Of a stretch of DNA of 64,000 nt, positions 45,417 to 54,784 are shown piece after piece. Made by a program: the position numbers and the translations under genes. Every line of letters begins with the position of its first letter. Position 1 is the first letter of the stretch. A model generated the notes under the pieces. The model saw only the letters and a list, made by a program, of their open reading frames with translations, did no database searches and was not told the DNA's origin. This DNA is from Spirochaetota bacterium (GTDB lineage: Bacteria > Spirochaetota > Spirochaetia > Treponematales > UBA12059), in the NCBI GenBank assembly GCA_018816345.1, contig JAHIWG010000166.1, positions 1 through 64,000 on the forward strand, in the 5' to 3' direction.

Positions 45417-47267
45417 TCACGCTACGGGGAAGCGGAGCGTGCACGAAGTACCTCCGTCGACCTCGACCGCGAGCGTACCGTCGAGCTGCCGCATGAGCAT
45501 ATCGACGAGATCCAGTCCGAAGCCCTTGCGGAAACCCGCGCTCGCGGGGTCTGTCATCCCGATCCCGTCGTCCCGGACGAGTACCGTCACCACGCCGTCG
45601 ATCGACGACGCGGAGATAGTGATGGTCCCGGAGTCCCGGCCCGCGAACGCGTGCTTCATGCTGTTAGTCATGAGCTCGTTGCACAGGATGCCCAGGGGGG
45701 CGAGGTACTGGACGTTGAGCGAGAAATCCTGGACGTCCATGACGAGCGATATGTCCGCTCGCCTCGGGAAGGTCCCGAGCACGCCGGGGGCGAGCGACTC
45801 GAGGTAGGCCTTCGCCGATAGCTCCCTATAGTTCTCGGAGCAGTATAGCTTGTCGTACAGCACTATCATGCTCTGCACGCGGTTCTCCGCGTCCTGTATC
45901 GCCGAGAAAGCGGGAGAGTCGCGCAGGGCGTCCTTCTGAAGCTGGAGCAGCCCCCGTATCGTATTCATATTGTTCTTGATGCGATGGTGGACTTCCTTAA
46001 GGAGGATCTCCTTCTCCTCGAGCAGGGACTTGATCTCAAGGTCGGCCCTCACCCTGTCCGTAATATCCCTGGCGAAGCCCAGGTAGCGGTCGTCGGATAG
46101 CTTGACGCCCTCGAGCGACCAGCGCCGGATCTCCCCGTCCTTCCGCCGATAGGAGAATTCATCCTTCGAGCTTCCCTTCTCCTTCAGGGCCCGGAAGTAC
46201 CGCATGTCCTCCTCGGCCGTGGACCTCGGCTGGAGGTCGATTACCGATAGGGAGCGCAGCTCCCGCTCGGTATACCCCGTCAGCCTCTGGGCCGCGGGAT
46301 TAGCCTCGAGGTACCGACCCTCCGAGTCGACGACGAAGATGCCCTCGGGATCGTTCTCGATGTAGCTCCTCAGCTTGGCCTCTCGCTCGCTCAGCTCGCG
46401 GGTGGCGCGCCTCACCCTCGAGCGGAGGAGGATGGAGAAGGACAGGAGGGCGCCCAGGAGCAGCAGCATCCCGGCGGCGACATATACGACCCAGCGAGGG
46501 ATGGCCTGAACCAGGCTCGTCTCGCCGTAGGTCCACCTTTGGCGCGCCAGGGAATAGACCGACGATTGCTGGTGCTTCCATGTCTCGAGGTACCCGTCCA
46601 GCGTCGAGAGCAGCTCGGCGTTCTTGCCCTCGGCCACGGCGAAGAAGATATCGAAGGGGTTGAAAATGACGCCGGTAGACCGAATCCCGTATTGCCGCTG
46701 CCTACCCGCCCCGAAGGTGCAGTTGACGACGCCCCCGTCTGCCCGGCCGTCGACGATGGCCTTGAAAACGTCCTCGAACGAGCCCTCCTCGAGTATCTCG
46801 ACCGTGATGCGGAGCGAGTCGACGAGCGTCCGGAAGTTCTGCGCGTTATAGTCGCCCTTCATCAGCGCGACCCGCTTGCCCTCGAAGTCGGTGATGCCCC
46901 TGATATCGGAATCGATGCCGACGTAGAGCTCGCTCCAGACCGTAAGGAGCGGTTCCTCGCCGTAGTCCAGGTAGCGCTCGCGTTCCGGCGTGTAGGCTAC
47001 GCTCGTAAGGAGGTCCACGCTCCCGTCCTTGATCCGCTCCAATCCCTCGTTCCAGGTACCCCATACGTATTCGAAGTCAATGCCCCGCTCGCGTCCCACC
47101 TCGGCCAAGGCGTCGACGTAGAAGCCCTTCACCTTCCCGTCGACGTCGAGGAAGATCCCCGGATAGTAGTTGAAGGCGCCGACCCTGACCGTGGCGTTCC
47201 CCTCGGCCCGGGCCGCGGGGAACGATAGGAGCATAAGGACTGCGAAGCATAAGGCCCTTTTTACCAT
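45417..47267 (-). CDS. Sensor histidine kinase with periplasmic solute-binding-protein (SBP_bac_3-like) domain, PAS domain and HisKA_2-type core
   Basis: Signal/TM, periplasmic domain, TM, PAS (EREAKLRSYIENDPEGIFVVDSEGRY), H-box HHRIKNNMNTIRGLLQLQ, HATPase. Confidence 0.8.
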   Translation of the reverse strand: MVKRALCFAVLMLLSFPAARAEGNATVRVGAFNYYPGIFLDVDGKVKGFYVDALAEVGRERGIDFEYVWGTWNEGLERIKDGSVDLLTSVAYTPERERYLDYGEEPLLTVWSELYVGIDSDIRGITDFEGKRVALMKGDYNAQNFRTLVDSLRITVEILEEGSFEDVFKAIVDGRADGGVVNCTFGAGRQRQYGIRSTGVIFNPFDIFFAVAEGKNAELLSTLDGYLETWKHQQSSVYSLARQRWTYGETSLVQAIPRWVVYVAAGMLLLLGALLSFSILLRSRVRRATRELSEREAKLRSYIENDPEGIFVVDSEGRYLEANPAAQRLTGYTERELRSLSVIDLQPRSTAEEDMRYFRALKEKGSSKDEFSYRRKDGEIRRWSLEGVKLSDDRYLGFARDITDRVRADLEIKSLLEEKEILLKEVHHRIKNNMNTIRGLLQLQKDALRDSPAFSAIQDAENRVQSMIVLYDKLYCSENYRELSAKAYLESLAPGVLGTFPRRADISLVMDVQDFSLNVQYLAPLGILCNELMTNSMKHAFAGRDSGTITISASSIDGVVTVLVRDDGIGMTDPASAGFRKGFGLDLVDMLMRQLDGTLAVEVDGGTSCTLRFPVA

Positions 47268-47492
47268 TCGACGCTCCCCTTGCCAACGATCCGAGGCGAG
47301 TCTATTACCGCGTCAGCGCTCGCGGGCGTACGACGGTAGTATCTATTCTATGCGACCGGATCAGCTCCGTACAAGTCGCGCCGGGGAGGGGGATCATGCA
47401 GGGGCCCGCGCGGGAGGAGCGCGCTCAAGTAATTGCGCCCGCCGCGCGTCAGGCCCGTTAATACCTTACGAAGGGAAATCATGCTCAAGCCG

Positions 47493-48428
47493 TTATCGCC
47501 TATCGTAGACGGCGGCTATCTCATGTATCCTGCGCTTCAGCTCCGCGCGGATACGAGACGGCTCCAGGCACTCGCATTTCTTCCCGAAGCTTAGGAGAAG
47601 GTCGTAATAGTAGTCGTTCTCTATGAAAGGAAAGCTAACGACGCGATGCTCGTCGCCGTCCGGCGTATAGCTATCGTCCGCGCAATAATCGAGGATCCTG
47701 TCCATGATAGAGTCGTGGACGCGGATCTTGATCATCGTCCTCACGGTCGGCAGGATATCGGCGAAGCCTAGCTGCGGGTTTTTAAATTCCCGCGGCTTGA
47801 AACGCTCATCCCGTATCCGTAGGCCCGCCATGCGGGATAGCTTGAACAGGCGAAAATCCTCTCTCGCATGGCAGTACCCTTGCCAATACCACTGGCCGCC
47901 TTTCAATACCAGCTGATACGGCTCCGCCGTCCGCGCGGTCCTGTTCCCGTGGCGGTCAGCGTATTCGAACGATAGTAGCCTGCTCTCCCTCAAGGCCGTC
48001 TTGATGATCTCTAAATACGGCTGCACGTCCTTTTCGCCGAGCCACGGGCTTAGGTCTATATATACTTGATTCGCTCTTAGCTCGATGTCGCTCGCTCTGC
48101 CGGCGGGCATAAGATTCTTGACCTTCGCGAGGGCGTTCGCCAGTTCGTCGCTCCGCATCATGCTCGAAAGGCCGGAAAGCCCCATCAGGATAGCGGAAAG
48201 GTCCGCGGCCGAGAATACGCTTCTGTCTATCTTGTATTCCCGCATTATCTCGAAGCCGCCGCCCGCGCCCGACGTCGAGCGGACGGGGACGCCCGCCATG
48301 TTTATAGCGTCGATGTCGCGGTAGATCGTGCGGGGCGAGACTTCATACATTTCCGCTAATTCCTGCGCGCCTATGCGCTTCCTATCAAGGAGCGTCAGGA
48401 TAATGCTAATAAGCCTGTCTACTTTCAT
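47493..48428 (-). CDS. WYL-domain transcriptional regulator (HTH-WYL-WCX architecture)
   Basis: MKVDRLISIILTLLDRKRIGAQELAEMYEVSPRTIYRDIDAI (HTH_11). WYL region RTAEPYQLVLKGGQWYWQGYCHAREDFRLFKLSRM. GC clearly below the genome average. Confidence 0.75.
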   Translation of the reverse strand: MKVDRLISIILTLLDRKRIGAQELAEMYEVSPRTIYRDIDAINMAGVPVRSTSGAGGGFEIMREYKIDRSVFSAADLSAILMGLSGLSSMMRSDELANALAKVKNLMPAGRASDIELRANQVYIDLSPWLGEKDVQPYLEIIKTALRESRLLSFEYADRHGNRTARTAEPYQLVLKGGQWYWQGYCHAREDFRLFKLSRMAGLRIRDERFKPREFKNPQLGFADILPTVRTMIKIRVHDSIMDRILDYCADDSYTPDGDEHRVVSFPFIENDYYYDLLLSFGKKCECLEPSRIRAELKRRIHEIAAVYDRR

Positions 48429-48547
48429 CGTACAGCCAGCCTGCCGGGAATTCCTCGCTATCATTGTGGATCGTTGCCATACAGTTGTCAACAATCGCGG
48501 GCTATCATGTCAAGGAATCGAATCTCTCTGCTATAAGGAGGAAGCTC

Positions 48548-49087
48548 ATGCTTAGCGATGAAAACAGCTCGTGCACGCTATCTGGAGGAGGCGCCATGCA
48601 GGCGAGGGCCTTGGTTATTATCGATATACAAAACGATATAACGAAGAATTATAAAGACGTGATCGGCAATATAAACGAGGCCATTGGCTGGGCGGTCGGC
48701 AATAGTATCCACGTCGTCTATATAAGGCATGAGAACCTGTCGGCCGGCACGAGGACTTTCAAGCCGGACACGCATGGGGCCGAGCTGGTTTCCGACATGA
48801 GGATAGCGTCAAGGAACGTGTTTACGAAATCGAAGGGAAACGCGTTGAGCTGCGAGGAATTTAGCGAGTTTATCGGTAGGAACGGAATCCGCGATCTCTT
48901 CATAGCCGGAGCTGACGCCGTCGCCTGCGTCAAGTCGACTTGCTACAACCTGCGGAAAGCCGGGTACGGCGTGACCGTCCTGTCGGATTGCGTCACTAGC
49001 TATGATAAGACGAAAATCGACGAGATGCTACGCTATTACGAGAGCAAGGGCAGCAGGATTATAAGCTCGAAGGACTTGCCGACGTAG
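48548..49087 (+). CDS. Isochorismatase-family cysteine hydrolase
   Basis: AAGGAGG RBS 6 nt before ATG at 48548 (alternative ATG at 48596). ALVIIDIQNDI, catalytic-Cys region GADAVACVKST. Lowest-GC stretch of the window. Confidence 0.75.
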   Translation: MLSDENSSCTLSGGGAMQARALVIIDIQNDITKNYKDVIGNINEAIGWAVGNSIHVVYIRHENLSAGTRTFKPDTHGAELVSDMRIASRNVFTKSKGNALSCEEFSEFIGRNGIRDLFIAGADAVACVKSTCYNLRKAGYGVTVLSDCVTSYDKTKIDEMLRYYESKGSRIISSKDLPT

Positions 49088-49129
49088 GCTCCCGCCATAG
49101 TACCCCTGGGTGTGGCGCGAGCCGGCGAC

Positions 49130-49199
49130 GCGCCGCGGGGGGGCTGGGGGGAGCGGGGAGGGCCGGGGGGGCCGGGGGGGCCGGGGGGGCCGGGGGGAT
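49130..49199. repeat. G-rich simple repeat, about 5 units of GGGCCGGGG(G), G-quadruplex-capable, followed by inverted repeat GGGGGGGATC...GATCCCCCCC (49188-49224)
   Basis: Direct reading. Intergenic between convergent isochorismatase and serS. The ORF 49110..49328 predicted from it is an artefact. Confidence 0.7.
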
Positions 49200-49227
49200 C
49201 CGCCCCCGGAGAAGATCCCCCCCATCC

Positions 49228-50517
49228 TCATTTCCTCTTTATCGTCTCGAACCCGACGTAGGGCACGAGGGCCGGAGGAATCTTCACCGTGCCGTCCGCC
49301 TGCTGGTAGTTCTCGAGGAGGGCGATGATGCCGCGGCTTATGGCTATGGCGGTGCCGTTGAGCATGTGGACGTACTTGTTCTTGCCGTCGTCGTCCTTGT
49401 ACTTGATGTTGAGGCGCCGCGCCTGGTAGTCGGTGCAGTTGGAGGTGCTGGTCACCTCGCCCCACTCGCCGCCGTTCCGGCCCGGCATCCAGGCCTCGAG
49501 GTCCCACTTGCGGTAGGCGGGGGCGCCGAGGTCTCCGGTGCAGGTGTCCACGACGCGGAAGGGGATGCCTAATCCCGAGAATATCTCCTCCTCGATGAGC
49601 CTGAGCTCCTCGTGGATGGCTCCCGAGTCCTCCGGGAGGCAGTATGCGAACATCTCCAGCTTGGTGAACTGGTGCACGCGGTAGAGTCCCTTGGAGAACT
49701 GCCCGGATGCGCCCGCCTCGCGGCGGAAGCAGTGGGAGAGGCCCGCCATGCGGAGCGGCAGCTTGTCCTTGGAGAAGATCGTGTCGGAGTAGTACCCGCC
49801 CAGGGTTATCTCGGCGGTGCCTACGAGGCAGGTCCCGTCGCCCTCGACCGTGTACACGTTAGACTCGGCGCCTCGCGGGTTGAAGCCTATGCCTTCCAGT
49901 ATCTCGGTCTTGGCCACGTCGGGCGTGATGAAGGGAGTGAAGCCCTTCTTCGCGAGGATATCAAGGACGTAGCGCACGAGGCCCAGCTCGAGGAATACGC
50001 CCTCGTTCTTGAGGTAGTAGAATTTGGTGCCGGAGACCTTGGTGCCGGCGTCGAAGTCTATTATATCGAGGTCCTGGCCCAGCTGGACGTGGTCCTTGGG
50101 CTCGAAGTCGAACTCCGTCGGCGTCCCGACGCGCTTGACCTCTGTGTTGTCCTTGTCTTCCTTGCCTATGGGGGCGTCGGGGTGGGCCATGTTGGGGATG
50201 CGGCGCAGCTCGGCGTCGAGGCGCGACAATACGTCCTCGGCCTCGGCCTCCAGCGCGGCTATGGCGTCCTTGAGGCGCTTCCCCTCGGCTATCAGCCCGT
50301 CGCGGACCGCCGCCTCGAGCTTACCCTTCATCGCCGCCGCGTTCTCGTTGCGGGAGCGGCGCTCGTCCTCGAGACGCTTGAGCAGCTCGTTGCGCTTGTC
50401 GAAGAGGGCCGCGACGAGGTCGGCGTCGGCCTTCATGAAGCGGTCGCCTATGTTTTTCTTGACCGCGTCCAGGTTGTCCTTTATGAAGCGTAAGTCTAGC
50501 ATGGTGCGGACGATCAT
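49228..50517 (-). CDS. serS: Seryl-tRNA synthetase
   Basis: N-terminal coiled-coil MLDLRFIKDNLDAVKKNI and class-II core motifs. 429 aa. Confidence 0.95.
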   Translation of the reverse strand: MIVRTMLDLRFIKDNLDAVKKNIGDRFMKADADLVAALFDKRNELLKRLEDERRSRNENAAAMKGKLEAAVRDGLIAEGKRLKDAIAALEAEAEDVLSRLDAELRRIPNMAHPDAPIGKEDKDNTEVKRVGTPTEFDFEPKDHVQLGQDLDIIDFDAGTKVSGTKFYYLKNEGVFLELGLVRYVLDILAKKGFTPFITPDVAKTEILEGIGFNPRGAESNVYTVEGDGTCLVGTAEITLGGYYSDTIFSKDKLPLRMAGLSHCFRREAGASGQFSKGLYRVHQFTKLEMFAYCLPEDSGAIHEELRLIEEEIFSGLGIPFRVVDTCTGDLGAPAYRKWDLEAWMPGRNGGEWGEVTSTSNCTDYQARRLNIKYKDDDGKNKYVHMLNGTAIAISRGIIALLENYQQADGTVKIPPALVPYVGFETIKRK

Positions 50518-50569
50518 AGACTAAAGGTAGCTTGTATTCAACGGTCTTTTTTTGGTACCCTATCAGGCA

Positions 50570-50749
50570 TGAAGCTGGAGATAAACCCGAGGGGCAACGG
50601 AGCTTGCCCCATATGCGTATCGCATGGCTCGTGCCTCGTGCAGCGGAAGCTGGCGGATAACGTCCGCGAGCTAGGGCCGTCGGCCGACGACGAGATGGAG
50701 ATAGTGGTCTACTCCTGCCCCTACTTCAAGGAGAAGTCCGCATCGTGAT
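50570..50749 (+). CDS. Possible 59-aa 4-Cys zinc-ribbon small protein overlapping the prfA start
   Basis: [22 protein letters not shown]...[12 protein letters not shown]. Its TGA overlaps the prfA GTG (GTGA) at 50745-50749. Below the ORF-track cutoff. Confidence 0.3.
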
Positions 50750-51815
50750 AGAGCGACTGGAGATCGTGGCGGCCCGGCTCAGGCAGCTCGAGGACCTCGT
50801 ATCCGATCCGGGCCTGGCCCGCGACGCCAAGCGCTACAAGGAGACGATGCGCGAGCGCTCACGCCTCTCCGAGATCATGGCGGCCTACGCCGATTACGAG
50901 CGCCTGGAGGGCGAGATAGCGGGGGCCAAGGCCATGGTCCGCGACGAGCCGGACCCGGAGCTCAAGGAGATGGCCCGCGAGGAGCTCCGCGGCCTCGAGG
51001 AGAGCCTGTCCGCCGCCGAGAAGCTCGTCACCGAGCTCCTGGTGCCGCGCGACCCCCTGGACGACAAGAACACCATCATGGAGATACGCGCCGGCACCGG
51101 CGGCGACGAGGCCGCCCTGTTCGTGGCCGACCTGTACCGCATGTATTCCCGCTACGCCGACGATAAGAAGTGGAAGATAGAGGTGATGTCGAGCTCCGAG
51201 ACCGGCCTCGGCGGCTTCAAGGAGATAATCCTGGCCGTCTCCGGCGACCAGGTCTTCGGCAAGCTGCGCTGGGAGTCCGGCGTTCACCGCGTGCAGCGCG
51301 TGCCCGCCACCGAGGGCTCGGGCCGTATACACACGAGCGCCGTCACCGTGGCGGTCCTGCCCGAGGCCGAGGAGACCGAGGTGGATATACGCCCGGAGGA
51401 CCTGCGCGTCGACGTGATGCGCGCCGGCGGCCCCGGCGGGCAGTGCGTCAACACCACCGACTCCGCGGTCAGGCTCACCCACCTCCCGACGGGCCTCGTG
51501 GTGCATTGCCAGGACGAGAAGAGCCAGATAAAGAACAAGGCCAAGGCCCTGCGCATCCTGCGATCCAGGATATACGAGCTCGAGGAAGAGAAGAAGAACG
51601 CCGAGCGCGCGGCCGAGCGGCGCGGGCAGATAGGCTCGGGCGACCGCTCCGAGCGCATCCGTACGTATAACTTCCCGCAGAACCGCGTCACCGACCACCG
51701 TATCGACGTGACGCTGTACAAGCTGGACTTGTTCATGCAAGGCGACATGGACGAGATCGTGCAAGGCCTGGCCCTCCGCGCCCGCGAGGACGCGATGAAG
51801 GAAGAGCAGCCGTGA
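50745..51815 (+). CDS. prfA: Peptide chain release factor 1
   Basis: PAT tripeptide (RF1-specific), GGQ motif ([20 protein letters not shown]). GTG start. Confidence 0.95.
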   Translation: MIERLEIVAARLRQLEDLVSDPGLARDAKRYKETMRERSRLSEIMAAYADYERLEGEIAGAKAMVRDEPDPELKEMAREELRGLEESLSAAEKLVTELLVPRDPLDDKNTIMEIRAGTGGDEAALFVADLYRMYSRYADDKKWKIEVMSSSETGLGGFKEIILAVSGDQVFGKLRWESGVHRVQRVPATEGSGRIHTSAVTVAVLPEAEETEVDIRPEDLRVDVMRAGGPGGQCVNTTDSAVRLTHLPTGLVVHCQDEKSQIKNKAKALRILRSRIYELEEEKKNAERAAERRGQIGSGDRSERIRTYNFPQNRVTDHRIDVTLYKLDLFMQGDMDEIVQGLALRAREDAMKEEQP

Positions 51816-51837
51816 TCCGGGAAGCGGAGCCGACGCC

Positions 51838-52701
51838 ATGACAGTGCGGGCGGCCCTTGCGGAAGGAACCGGCGCCCTCGAGGGGAGCTGCCCGGGATCG
51901 CCTTTCCTGGACGCCGCCCTCCTCCTGTCCTCCTCCATGGGAATGGAGCGGGACAGGCTCCTCGCCTCCATGCCCGACGAAGTGCCTCCCGGCCCTCTGG
52001 AGCGGTACCGCGCCCTCCTGTCGCGCCGCCGTTCCGGCGTGAGCGTGGCCTATATCCTCGGCTATAAGGAATTCTACGGGAGACGATACGCCGTGGATCC
52101 CCGCGTCCTCGTACCCAGGCCGGATACCGAGATCCTCGTCGAGACGGCCCTGGCGCTGCTGCCGCCGGCGGGCGGGATACCTTCCCGCAGGGTACGCTGC
52201 CATGACGCCTTTACCGGTTCCGGCTGCGTCGGCATCACTATCGCCGCCGAGCGCCCCGACGTCGAGGTGAGCCTGTCGGACGCCTCTCCCGACGCCCTCG
52301 CCGTATGCGCCGCCAACGCGCGCGCCGTCCTGGGCCGCGACCTGGAACTCGGTATAGGCGACGTCCTGTCGGCCGCCGCCTGGCCCCTGGACCTCGTCGT
52401 GGCCAACCCCCCGTACGTGAGCACGGTCCTGACCGACGAGATAGAGGCCGCGGGGGGCTCCGAGCCGAGGTCGGCCCTCGACGGCGGCGAGCTCGGCCTC
52501 GACCTGTACCCCGCCCTGGCTAGGCAGGCCTTCGCTCTCCTGGCGGAGGGCGGCGCCCTCGTCGCCGAGATAGGCGAGGAGCAGGGGCGGGCCGTCAAGG
52601 CGATCTTCGAGGACGCCGGCTTCGTCGGCGTCGAGATACGCGCCGACCTCGCGGGAGCCGACCGCGTGGTCTCCGGGAGCAAGCATGCAGTACGACGATA
52701 G
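51838..52701 (+). CDS. prmC: Release-factor glutamine N5-methyltransferase (PrmC/HemK)
   Basis: NPPY motif (VVANPPYV) and SAM-binding fold. Downstream of prfA; overlaps relA by 17 nt. Confidence 0.85.
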   Translation: MTVRAALAEGTGALEGSCPGSPFLDAALLLSSSMGMERDRLLASMPDEVPPGPLERYRALLSRRRSGVSVAYILGYKEFYGRRYAVDPRVLVPRPDTEILVETALALLPPAGGIPSRRVRCHDAFTGSGCVGITIAAERPDVEVSLSDASPDALAVCAANARAVLGRDLELGIGDVLSAAAWPLDLVVANPPYVSTVLTDEIEAAGGSEPRSALDGGELGLDLYPALARQAFALLAEGGALVAEIGEEQGRAVKAIFEDAGFVGVEIRADLAGADRVVSGSKHAVRR

Positions 52702-54763
52702 GCTCGACGACTACCTCGGCCGCTTCTCGGACGCGGACGCGGAGCGCATCAGGGCGGCCCGCGCCTGGGCCGCGGAGCTCCACGCCGGCAGCTTCCGCGC
52801 CTCGGGGGAGCCTACGGTGACCCACCCCGAGCGCGTGGCCGCGGTGCTCGCGGGCATGGGCATGGACGCCGACAGCGTCGTCGCGGGCCTCCTCCACCAG
52901 GCCATAGAGGACGGGCTCGCTACCGGCAAGACCGTCCAGGAGCGCTACGGCGAGCGCGTCGGGACCCTCGTCGAGGAGCTGTCGCGCATGGCCGCGCTCA
53001 AGGCCAAGAACAAGACTATCCAGGCCGCCGAGGCCATACGCAAGATGCTGTTCGCCCTGACCCGCGACCTCCGCGTCATCATCGTGAAGCTGGCGGACAA
53101 GCTCGACAACATGCGCACCCTCAAGTGGCTGCCCGAGGAGGAGCGCCGCCGCATAGCCGCAGAGTGCGTGGACGTATTCGCCCCCCTGGCCGACCGCCTG
53201 GGCATAAGCTGGATGAAGGACGAGCTCGAGGACCTCGCGCTCAAGGAGATCAACCGCGAGGCCTTCGACCAGATAAAGCTGCTCGTCGCGGCCAAGAAGC
53301 CCGAGCGCGAGGCCTTCCTGGAGCGCGCGAGGGGCGACATAGAGTCGGCGGCCAAGGCGGAGGGCATCGGCGTCGACGTGATGTCGCGCGCCAAGCACTT
53401 CTACTCGATATACCAGAAGATGAGGAAGCGGGCCAAGGGAGCCGACGAGCTGTACGACCTGTCAGGCATGCGCGTCCTCTGCGACGAGGAGAGCGAGTGC
53501 TACGCCGTGCTTGGCATAGTGCACGGGCTCTGGAAGCCCCTGGACGGGCGGTTCAAGGACTACATCGCCATGCCCAAGTCAAACGGCTACCGGAGCCTCC
53601 ACACCACGGTGATGGCCGAGGGAGGCATGCTCCTCGAGATACAGATACGGACCCGCGACATGCACAGGGTGGCGGAGTTCGGCGTCGCCTCCCACTGGCT
53701 GTACAAGAAGGGCACGAGCGCCGAGATAGTCCGGCCGGAGGACGTCGGGATCGTCAACAGGCTCAAGGACTGGGGCGCCATGCTGGAGTCGGGCTCCGAC
53801 TTCCTCGAGGACATCAAGCGCGAGATACTCAAGGATTCCATAATCGTCTTCACGCCCAAGGGCGACGCCATAGAGCTGGCCGCCGGCGCCACGCCCCTGG
53901 ACTTCGCCTACGCCATACATAGCGACGTGGGCAACCGATGCCTGGCCGCCAAGGCGGACGGCGCCATCGTGTCGCTCGACTCCGAGCTCAAGAACACCCA
54001 GGTCGTGGAGATCGTGACGAGCGCGACCGCCAGGCCCAACGTCAACTGGCTCAAGGCGGTCAAGACGAGCAAGGCCCGGTCCAAGATACGGGCCTGGCTC
54101 GTCGCCGAGGGCTCCGTGCTCGCGATAGACAGGAACGTCGTCGCGCGCCGGCGGGACGCGAAGCACGACGAGAAGCCCAAGGCCCATCCCGGCGAGCGGA
54201 AGCTGGAGCTCGAGGTGCGCCACGGCGAGGCCAAGCATACCGAACAGAAGAAGCCCGAGGCGACCGATCCTAACGTCGCGCACATGGATTACAGGCCCTA
54301 CGTACCCGGCGAGGCCACCGACTCCACGAGGGCGGGCATAAGCGTATCCGGCGCGGGAGACCTGATGATACGCTTCGCCTCCTGCTGCAAGCCCGCCGTA
54401 GGCGAGCGCATCGTGGGCTACGTCTCCAGGGGCCGCGGCATCATCGTCCACCGGGCCTCCTGCAAGAACCTGCCCGCCATAAAGGAATTCGCCGAGCGTA
54501 GCGTCGAGGTGACGTGGGAATCCGCGCCCTCGCTGACGAGGCGCTACCACGTCACGGGCAGGCGCGTCCTGGACCTGTTCTCCGAGATAGAGAACGCCGT
54601 CCGGAAGCACGGCGGCCGGCTCGTGGAGGGGCGGCTCGAGGACGGCCACGACAGCCTCTCGGGCGTGTTCACCATGGCGTATCCCAGCGCCGAGGACGCG
54701 CGCACCTCCGAGCGTAACCTGAGGCACGTGCCCTCCATCCTCAAGATCAAGCGCATCGAGTAG
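52685..54763 (+). CDS. relA: RelA/SpoT-homologue (p)ppGpp synthetase, HD-TGS-ACT architecture
   Basis: Synthetase motifs RAKHFYSIYQKM, GYRSLHTTV, EIQIRT. TGS and ACT-like C-terminus. HD-domain motif reads LLHQAIEDG (H-Q instead of the H-D of active hydrolases). Confidence 0.9.
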   Translation: MQYDDRLDDYLGRFSDADAERIRAARAWAAELHAGSFRASGEPTVTHPERVAAVLAGMGMDADSVVAGLLHQAIEDGLATGKTVQERYGERVGTLVEELSRMAALKAKNKTIQAAEAIRKMLFALTRDLRVIIVKLADKLDNMRTLKWLPEEERRRIAAECVDVFAPLADRLGISWMKDELEDLALKEINREAFDQIKLLVAAKKPEREAFLERARGDIESAAKAEGIGVDVMSRAKHFYSIYQKMRKRAKGADELYDLSGMRVLCDEESECYAVLGIVHGLWKPLDGRFKDYIAMPKSNGYRSLHTTVMAEGGMLLEIQIRTRDMHRVAEFGVASHWLYKKGTSAEIVRPEDVGIVNRLKDWGAMLESGSDFLEDIKREILKDSIIVFTPKGDAIELAAGATPLDFAYAIHSDVGNRCLAAKADGAIVSLDSELKNTQVVEIVTSATARPNVNWLKAVKTSKARSKIRAWLVAEGSVLAIDRNVVARRRDAKHDEKPKAHPGERKLELEVRHGEAKHTEQKKPEATDPNVAHMDYRPYVPGEATDSTRAGISVSGAGDLMIRFASCCKPAVGERIVGYVSRGRGIIVHRASCKNLPAIKEFAERSVEVTWESAPSLTRRYHVTGRRVLDLFSEIENAVRKHGGRLVEGRLEDGHDSLSGVFTMAYPSAEDARTSERNLRHVPSILKIKRIE

Positions 54764-54784
54764 CTGAAACCGGGGGAGGGCGAG

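Noticed and set aside
49110-49328. 72-aa plus-strand ORF (Gly/Arg-rich)
   Set aside because: Entirely a translation of the (GGGCCGGGG)n simple repeat in a convergent intergenic gap, so a compositional artefact.
53579-54727. 382-aa minus-strand ORF
   Set aside because: Antisense within relA/spoT, so a high-GC artefact.
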